IMG/VR virus record: IMGVR_UViG_3300008267_000038
Span: 1-64,000 of that record
Reading direction: 5' to 3' (one strand)
DNA from: an uncultured virus (IMG/VR IMGVR_UViG_3300008267_000038)
Lineage: Duplodnaviria > Heunggongvirae > Uroviricota > Caudoviricetes
Length of the DNA stretch: 64,000 nt
Positions 60,112 to 64,000 of this stretch are shown one piece after another. The notes beneath the pieces are model-generated. The model made no database searches and was not told where the DNA came from. It saw only the letters and a list, made by a program, of their open reading frames with translations. The position numbers were made by a program, and so were the translations under genes. Within the stretch, counting starts at the first letter, position 1; each line of letters begins with the position of its first letter.

Positions 60112-60145
60112 GGGTCACCCCACTCATGCCACTCGACAAGAGGAA
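60110..60145. repeat. 36-bp inverted repeat, right copy (leader of the neck gene)
   Basis: ATGGGTCACCCCACTCATGCCACTCGACAAGAGGAA fills almost the whole intergenic gap upstream of ATG 60111. Confidence 0.95.
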
Positions 60146-60148
60146 CCG

Positions 60149-60451
60149 TCACGCCGTAGGGGCGGCTTCCGCAGCGGGGGGCGGGGCACGCAACACCTTG
60201 AGGGCACCTGTCTGGGCCTCGATCTCAATGGGGGTGTTGGGCGGCAACCCGCGCTCCATGAGAACCTTCTCAAAGAGACGGCTTCGCTCCTCATCGACCC
60301 TGTTGGCGGCCACCAGCAGGCGCACCTTCTCCTGCTCGATCTCTAGGAGCCTCTCCCCCAACTCGTAACGGGCAGCGGACAACTCCTCCAACCGCTTCCT
60401 CGTCTCGGTGTCCACGGGGTCGCTCGGGGTCAACTTCTTCTCATCACTCAT
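60149..60451 (-). CDS. Small coiled-coil hypothetical protein
   Basis: 100 aa with GGAGG RBS. Confidence 0.6.
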   Translation of the reverse strand: MSDEKKLTPSDPVDTETRKRLEELSAARYELGERLLEIEQEKVRLLVAANRVDEERSRLFEKVLMERGLPPNTPIEIEAQTGALKVLRAPPPAAEAAPTA

Positions 60452-60536
60452 TTGGGCCTCCCCGCTGGTTGATTTCCAGCGTGTTCGCTTCCTATCACAG
60501 GCAGGGACCGTGGTGGTCCCACAGGAGAGTACCGAG

Positions 60537-60881
60537 ATGGATTTGTCAAAGATGCGTGAACAGATCGACGAACTGACGGGCGGCGGCCTCTACGAACTCA
60601 ACCGTATCTGCGTCGAGAACGAGTTGGACCCCAACCTGTGTGTCAGCCCCGAGGGGGATGAGACGAGCCGCTACACGTTCTTCGCTACGAACGTCGAAGG
60701 CGACGTCGTGTACCACAGGTCTGTGTACGCCCCCAAAGACCGACGGCTGGAGATTCAACTCGACGTCTGGTTGAAGCTGCGTGACATCAAAAAGCAAACC
60801 GCACGAATCCGCGAGGGACTCGTGCGGCTTGAGGCTGGACTCGACCCCGAGGAGCCGAAGCCCACCGTCACTCTACACTAG
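60537..60881 (+). CDS. Hypothetical protein (opposite strand)
   Basis: AGGAG RBS before ATG 60537. Fills a gap with no good minus-strand ORF. Its stop overlaps the convergent gene (CTAG). Confidence 0.6.
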   Translation: MDLSKMREQIDELTGGGLYELNRICVENELDPNLCVSPEGDETSRYTFFATNVEGDVVYHRSVYAPKDRRLEIQLDVWLKLRDIKKQTARIREGLVRLEAGLDPEEPKPTVTLH

Positions 60882-61765
60882 GCGTTGGCCTTGTCCATCA
60901 GCGACTTGAACTGCTTGTTCAAGCCCAACAGGTCGGACACCCAGCCCTTGAACTGCGACCACAGACCAGTGACCTTCTGCCACAACTTCGCGGCGAAGTC
61001 GCCAAGGACACCGGCCGTCTTGGTGTCCTGCGACAGACCCTTCTCAAAGGCAGCGAGGGCGTTCTGGACGGACTTGATGACATCATCCTTGCTGAGAGCC
61101 GTGAGGGCGGCCTTCATCATGGATTGGAAGGCGTCCTCGAAGGCAACGGTCGGAGCATGGTGAGTCTTGTGGCGGTTCGCCTGCTCCTCACACTCGTGCA
61201 ACGCCTTACGGCACTTGTCGAGTTCGGCCTGAGCCTCCTCCAAGTCCTTCTTGGCGATCTCAAGCCACTCCTGACGCTGCTTGACGCGGTTGCCCTCCGC
61301 GATGCCCGTCATGTGCTTCTCGATGAGGGCCTGGGCGTCCGCGACCAACCGCTCGAAGTGGTTGATCTGGTTGAGCCAATCCTGCGCGACGGGGCCGAAG
61401 TCCGACAACAGACCCTCAGACTTCATCTTCTCCTTCACCCACTCCTCGACCTGCTCGCCGGTCTTGGCAGAGAAGTCACCCTGCGAACCCTCACCACCCA
61501 GACCCTTGATGAACTCCTCGGGCAGGGCGTAGTTCATCTTCGCGCACTTGTTACGCCAATGCTTGACGGCCACCGCGTAGTTGAAGTGATCGCCGTGAGC
61601 CTCGACGACGTGCTTCCAGAAGCTAAGAACCTTGGCATCCAGCTTGCCCGTATCCACGGCCTTGGCGATGGAAGCGGGAGGACGGAAGCGGTCGTCTGAC
61701 AGGACGCCGAAGCTCGCCCTCTTGGCGAGAAAACGGCGAACAACGGTGGCCGGAACAAGCGACAT
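60878..61765 (-). CDS. Helical/coiled-coil hypothetical protein, candidate internal virion protein
   Basis: 295 aa with GAGG RBS. Contains VVRRFLAKRAS and KTAG and ends in an amphipathic helix. Confidence 0.6.
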   Translation of the reverse strand: MSLVPATVVRRFLAKRASFGVLSDDRFRPPASIAKAVDTGKLDAKVLSFWKHVVEAHGDHFNYAVAVKHWRNKCAKMNYALPEEFIKGLGGEGSQGDFSAKTGEQVEEWVKEKMKSEGLLSDFGPVAQDWLNQINHFERLVADAQALIEKHMTGIAEGNRVKQRQEWLEIAKKDLEEAQAELDKCRKALHECEEQANRHKTHHAPTVAFEDAFQSMMKAALTALSKDDVIKSVQNALAAFEKGLSQDTKTAGVLGDFAAKLWQKVTGLWSQFKGWVSDLLGLNKQFKSLMDKANA

Positions 61766-61824
61766 GGGAACCTCTGTTGAAGGGAAAACTCCGCAGACCT
61801 AATCTTGCAGACCTCATAAAAGGT

Positions 61825-62133
61825 CTATCGAGAAAACCGACGCTTCTCAAGTGCCTGTAGGACGGCAGCGAACACCTTGGCGGGCATCCCGTTGCGTTCG
61901 AGAACCTGACGGAACCTCTCGTCGCCCTCAAGTTCCTCGACGGTCGGTACCCCAACGGGCTTGGGTGCCTCGGTGGACTTATGCCACCTCCAGATCGCCA
62001 TGCCCCTCGGGTTTGGTCTATCACGCCACTCGGGACAGCGGGCCAGATGCTTCCTGTACTGGCTGTAGTTGGGTGCCGCGTGTCCGCAGAGGCAGCGATG
62101 GAGTACGCGGTTGGCTTTGAGAGGCGGCTTCAT
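61825..62133 (-). CDS. Small zinc-finger-like protein
   Basis: Start at ATG 62133 (GAGGTGG RBS). Has CLCG...HLARC. Confidence 0.5.
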   Translation of the reverse strand: MKPPLKANRVLHRCLCGHAAPNYSQYRKHLARCPEWRDRPNPRGMAIWRWHKSTEAPKPVGVPTVEELEGDERFRQVLERNGMPAKVFAAVLQALEKRRFSR

Positions 62134-62152
62134 ACCACCTCTCTTACACCGA

Positions 62153-63049
62153 CTACAGGCCGACGAACTTGCGGGGCGACAAAACTCCTCGACCGGCGTA
62201 GGGGCCGAACGCGCTGCGGATACCCACACCGTACCGAGGCTGCTGGACGCCTCTGATGATGTTGATGGTCATTTTGGCCTTCTCAAGCTGCTTGTCGAAC
62301 TGGTCGGAGGCCGTCGAGAGCGCCCCCTCGTACTTGCTCGACTTGTCGAGCGTCAGGCTGACACCGCCGATGCTGTAGTCGAACTCGTCCGCGATCCAGT
62401 TGAGCCGCAGGGCTTGAAGGGCGTGGATCATGGCCCCCGTCAACAACAGGGTGCGCCAAGCGGGGTACTGGTTGACCAGCGTATCGAGGCTGCTGAACGG
62501 GGTGAACGGAGGGGCCAGCGAGATGGTGTCGAGGGAGCGTTCGAGGTACTCCTTCAACTCCTCATCCTCCCAGATGTAGCCGAACACACGGTTGAACTGG
62601 CCGACCGTCTCCTCGTGGGCGGGCGGTCGCCAATGGTAGTTGCGGTCGGGGTTGTTGTCACGGGTCAGAATACGGAGCCGTCTGATGAGATCGGACTCCG
62701 CAGCCGTGTAGATGGTGGCGACAGGGGAGGGAGAGTTCCTATCGAGGATGGCGAACTCCTGCACAACCTGCTGGAGCGGACCACCCAGAATCTCTCGGAA
62801 GGTCCAACGGATGCGGTAGGTCCCGATGTTGGCGTCGAGAGGTACGAGGAGGCTGGCGAAGTATTCCCCGACCGAAGGGTTCTGGGGCTGCCGCTGGTTG
62901 GACCCCAAGACCGCTTCCTGACCCGTCGTGAAGTCATAGAGGGCGTAACTGATCTCGGCGGCGTTCGCGGGCGTACCGTTGGCGTTCGTGAAGAAGATCG
63001 TCAGGTCCTCACGCCCAAGCTGCTGTCCGCGATAAAACGTCACGCTCAT
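62153..63049 (-). CDS. Head-tail adaptor / neck protein
   Basis: N-terminal Ig-like domain (GEYFA...GTYRIRW) plus adaptor-like LR.L.RD, W.DEEL..YL...L and YSIGGVSLTLDKSSKY. Confidence 0.6.
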   Translation of the reverse strand: MSVTFYRGQQLGREDLTIFFTNANGTPANAAEISYALYDFTTGQEAVLGSNQRQPQNPSVGEYFASLLVPLDANIGTYRIRWTFREILGGPLQQVVQEFAILDRNSPSPVATIYTAAESDLIRRLRILTRDNNPDRNYHWRPPAHEETVGQFNRVFGYIWEDEELKEYLERSLDTISLAPPFTPFSSLDTLVNQYPAWRTLLLTGAMIHALQALRLNWIADEFDYSIGGVSLTLDKSSKYEGALSTASDQFDKQLEKAKMTINIIRGVQQPRYGVGIRSAFGPYAGRGVLSPRKFVGL

Positions 63050-63059
63050 CGAACGCCTC

Positions 63060-63785
63060 CTAGTCCCAACCGTACTTGGCGCACCCGCAGGGGTTTGTCA
63101 TGGGTGGACCTGCCTCCAAGACAAACTCCTCCTCGCGGGTCGCGCAGCCCCTACCCTCCGACCAACTCCAGACAACCAGCCAAGTCCCTGGCTGGCCGCA
63201 CTCCCCTGCGTAGCCCGTCACATGGTAGCGACCGATCCCATCCTTGGCCGGTACCCTGCGAGGTGGGCCTCGCAGTTGGCGATACCCCCCTGCCAAGACT
63301 TCGTAGATCGCATAGGTGACGCTGACAGGCGAGTATGGGTTGCCCTGTGCGTCCCGAAGGCAGAGTTCCAGAGCGCCCTTCTGAAAGACCCCCATGAAGG
63401 GGAACCTCTGCCGTGTATCGGGCGCACAGATAGGCTTGGGAGCCTGTGTGATCTCGACGTAGGCTTGCAGAGAGCCGTACCCCAAGATCGGCATGGGCAC
63501 CGAGTCTCGGAAGTTACCCAGCCCTCGGACGATGCCCCGCAGGATGAAGGTCTGGACGAGGGTGCCATCGGTATTGCCGATACCCTCGACGCTCCCCGCG
63601 TAGGTCTGCTCGCCCCAGATCGTCCCAGAGCCTTGGGCTTGGCCGCCGACGAGGAACGTCTGGACGGGAGTTCCCGTTAGAGTGCCGACGCCGCCAATCG
63701 GGTCCGCAACGTATACGGACCACGCCAGAGCGCCAGCGACATCGCCAATGCCGCCCAAAGACTCGGTGAGGTCGATGGTCGGCAT
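63060..63785 (-). CDS. Putative virion structural protein
   Basis: Gly-rich repeats (G.G.L.G) and a C-terminal Ig-like domain similar to the N-domain of 62153..63049. Confidence 0.5.
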   Translation of the reverse strand: MPTIDLTESLGGIGDVAGALAWSVYVADPIGGVGTLTGTPVQTFLVGGQAQGSGTIWGEQTYAGSVEGIGNTDGTLVQTFILRGIVRGLGNFRDSVPMPILGYGSLQAYVEITQAPKPICAPDTRQRFPFMGVFQKGALELCLRDAQGNPYSPVSVTYAIYEVLAGGYRQLRGPPRRVPAKDGIGRYHVTGYAGECGQPGTWLVVWSWSEGRGCATREEEFVLEAGPPMTNPCGCAKYGWD

Positions 63786-63791
63786 CGCTGA

Positions 63792-64000
63792 TTACGCCTC
63801 GGATGCGATGAGTTGCCCCGTGGGGAACCGCACCTGGTCATTGATGCCGACGGCTCGGGGTACCGACAGGAGGTTGAAGTACAGGAGGTTGCCTCCCGTG
63901 GGCGCGTCGGTGAGGCCGAACGCCGTCACCGTACCCCACGCCGCCGCCGCAATCGGGAACACCACATCTGCCAAGTTGGCAGCCTGTCCGTTCGCAGGGG
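63792..64000 (-). CDS. Small virion fibre/decoration protein, 3' part only
   Basis: FP.A...WGTVT.FGL.DA.TGGNLLY...L...R.V...D..RF..G.L is a common phage minor structural family. Truncated by the window edge. Confidence 0.65.
   Translation of the reverse strand, partial: PANGQAANLADVVFPIAAAAWGTVTAFGLTDAPTGGNLLYFNLLSVPRAVGINDQVRFPTGQLIASEA

Noticed and set aside
893..63680. Many long plus-strand ORFs (e.g. 3847..5409, 18293..19663, 50105..51715, 62069..63319)
   Set aside because: They are antisense shadows of GC-rich minus-strand genes, with Arg/Gly/Val-biased translations and no recognisable motifs.
1..64000. CRISPR array, tRNA or rRNA genes, integrase or transposase
   Set aside because: I saw no repeat-spacer periodicity, cloverleaf or recombinase motifs, and intergenic space is minimal. 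This was a visual check only.
1..64000. Stop-codon reassignment as seen in some large phages
   Set aside because: Genes are long and tightly packed under the standard code, and TAA, TAG and TGA all end genes at sensible boundaries.

Overview
This GC-rich window (roughly 60-65% by eye) is almost fully coding, with nearly all genes on the minus strand. It reads as the late morphogenesis region of a large, probably jumbo, contractile-tailed phage. In transcription order (right to left) it holds neck/head-tail joining genes, a 1417-aa tail sheath, the tail tube, two tail chaperones, the tape measure, two tube-initiator-like paralogs (one carrying an M23 peptidase), baseplate hub and spike, gp25-like, baseplate J and wedge genes, and several large fibre or receptor-binding proteins. 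No capsid, portal or terminase gene lies in the window. Non-structural-looking genes sit inside this late block: an actin-fold ATPase resembling the haloarchaeal volactin family, a Dps/ferritin-like protein, an N-terminally extended UvrD helicase, an FmdB zinc ribbon, and HTH-like and DHH-like proteins. Several of these share short K/R-x-A motifs. Non-coding signals seen directly are a 36-bp near-perfect inverted repeat bracketing about 3.5 kb, two related structured 5' leaders, a recurring pyrimidine-rich candidate late promoter, a plus-strand moron-like cassette with duplicated GNRA hairpins, and a baseplate/fibre gene split across reading frames. All functional calls come from motif recognition and gene order, not database searches.
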